Shown here in pieces: positions 63,501-64,000 of a stretch of DNA of 64,000 bases. The stretch is from Octopus bimaculoides (lineage: Eukaryota), in the NCBI RefSeq assembly GCF_001194135.2, contig NC_068982.1, positions 22,496,620-22,560,619 of the forward strand, in the 5' to 3' direction. The translations under genes and the position numbers were made by a program. Below the pieces are notes generated by a model. That model had not been told where the DNA came from and did not search any database. It saw only the letters and a list, made by a program, of their open reading frames with translations. How positions within the stretch are numbered: position 1 is the stretch's first letter; each line of letters starts with the position of its first letter.

Positions 63501-64000
63501 CGTAGTTAAATTTTAACTCTTTTGTTATATTTTCTATTCAAATGCGTCAACTTAGTTAATTTTGAAAATAATATATTCGGTAAAATAACTCTTGTCATTA
63601 TCAAGCTGGTGGTTGAAATATCAGTTAGCTTGAAATTTTGACAAAGGTTTTAATTTAGATCCTTCAAAAGAGAAAGTTTGTATTGTAGAATTAGGCACAA
63701 TATTAGGTTGATCTGTATCGAAAAGTTAAGGCAGTTGTTGATATTGTAATCAATGATATGTTATAAATATGATATATTACAAACAAGCATAACTTAATGG
63801 ATATTTCATAAATATAATCATTGTCATATTGTTTTACAAACGTTTTTATATTGCTGTAAAATCGATTTATTGTATTAAATTGTAGTCAAGTAATGGAATC
63901 CTTAATTTTCTGGAGAAATGGAAAGAGTATTTTGTATTAAAGTAATATTTCGAATGCAGTATAGTCGTGAAATCGGTTTCCAAAAGCAAACAGGAAAAAA

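Overview
AT-rich, microsatellite- and transposon-rich animal genomic DNA with five N-gaps. The repeat families resemble octopus/cephalopod SINEs as I remember them, so the taxon is an inference. The only protein-coding gene I can support is the 5' part of a TIA-1/TIAR (nucleolysin) RNA-binding protein gene on the + strand. Four canonical GT-AG coding exons (15565-15596, 16217-16313, 23742-23837, 39380-39437) splice in frame to [94 protein letters not shown], a complete RRM1. I found no RRM2 exon, so the gene probably continues past the window end. Three CpG-containing promoter-like modules lie upstream (~10.25, ~12.85 and ~15.25 kb), each next to a possible short first exon. Bases 1-9.3 kb are nested decayed RTE-like LINEs, tRNA-derived SINEs and TTAA-flanked MITEs. 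The most unusual element is a ~430-bp intronic palindrome at 49955-50386. It consists of two head-to-head copies of a tRNA-headed repeat, and each arm carries a minimal type I hammerhead ribozyme motif of the Penelope-like kind. Several candidate poison or micro exons in the long introns would fit known TIA-1/TIAR autoregulation, but they are predictions from splice signals only. No rRNA, true tRNA or CRISPR array was seen.
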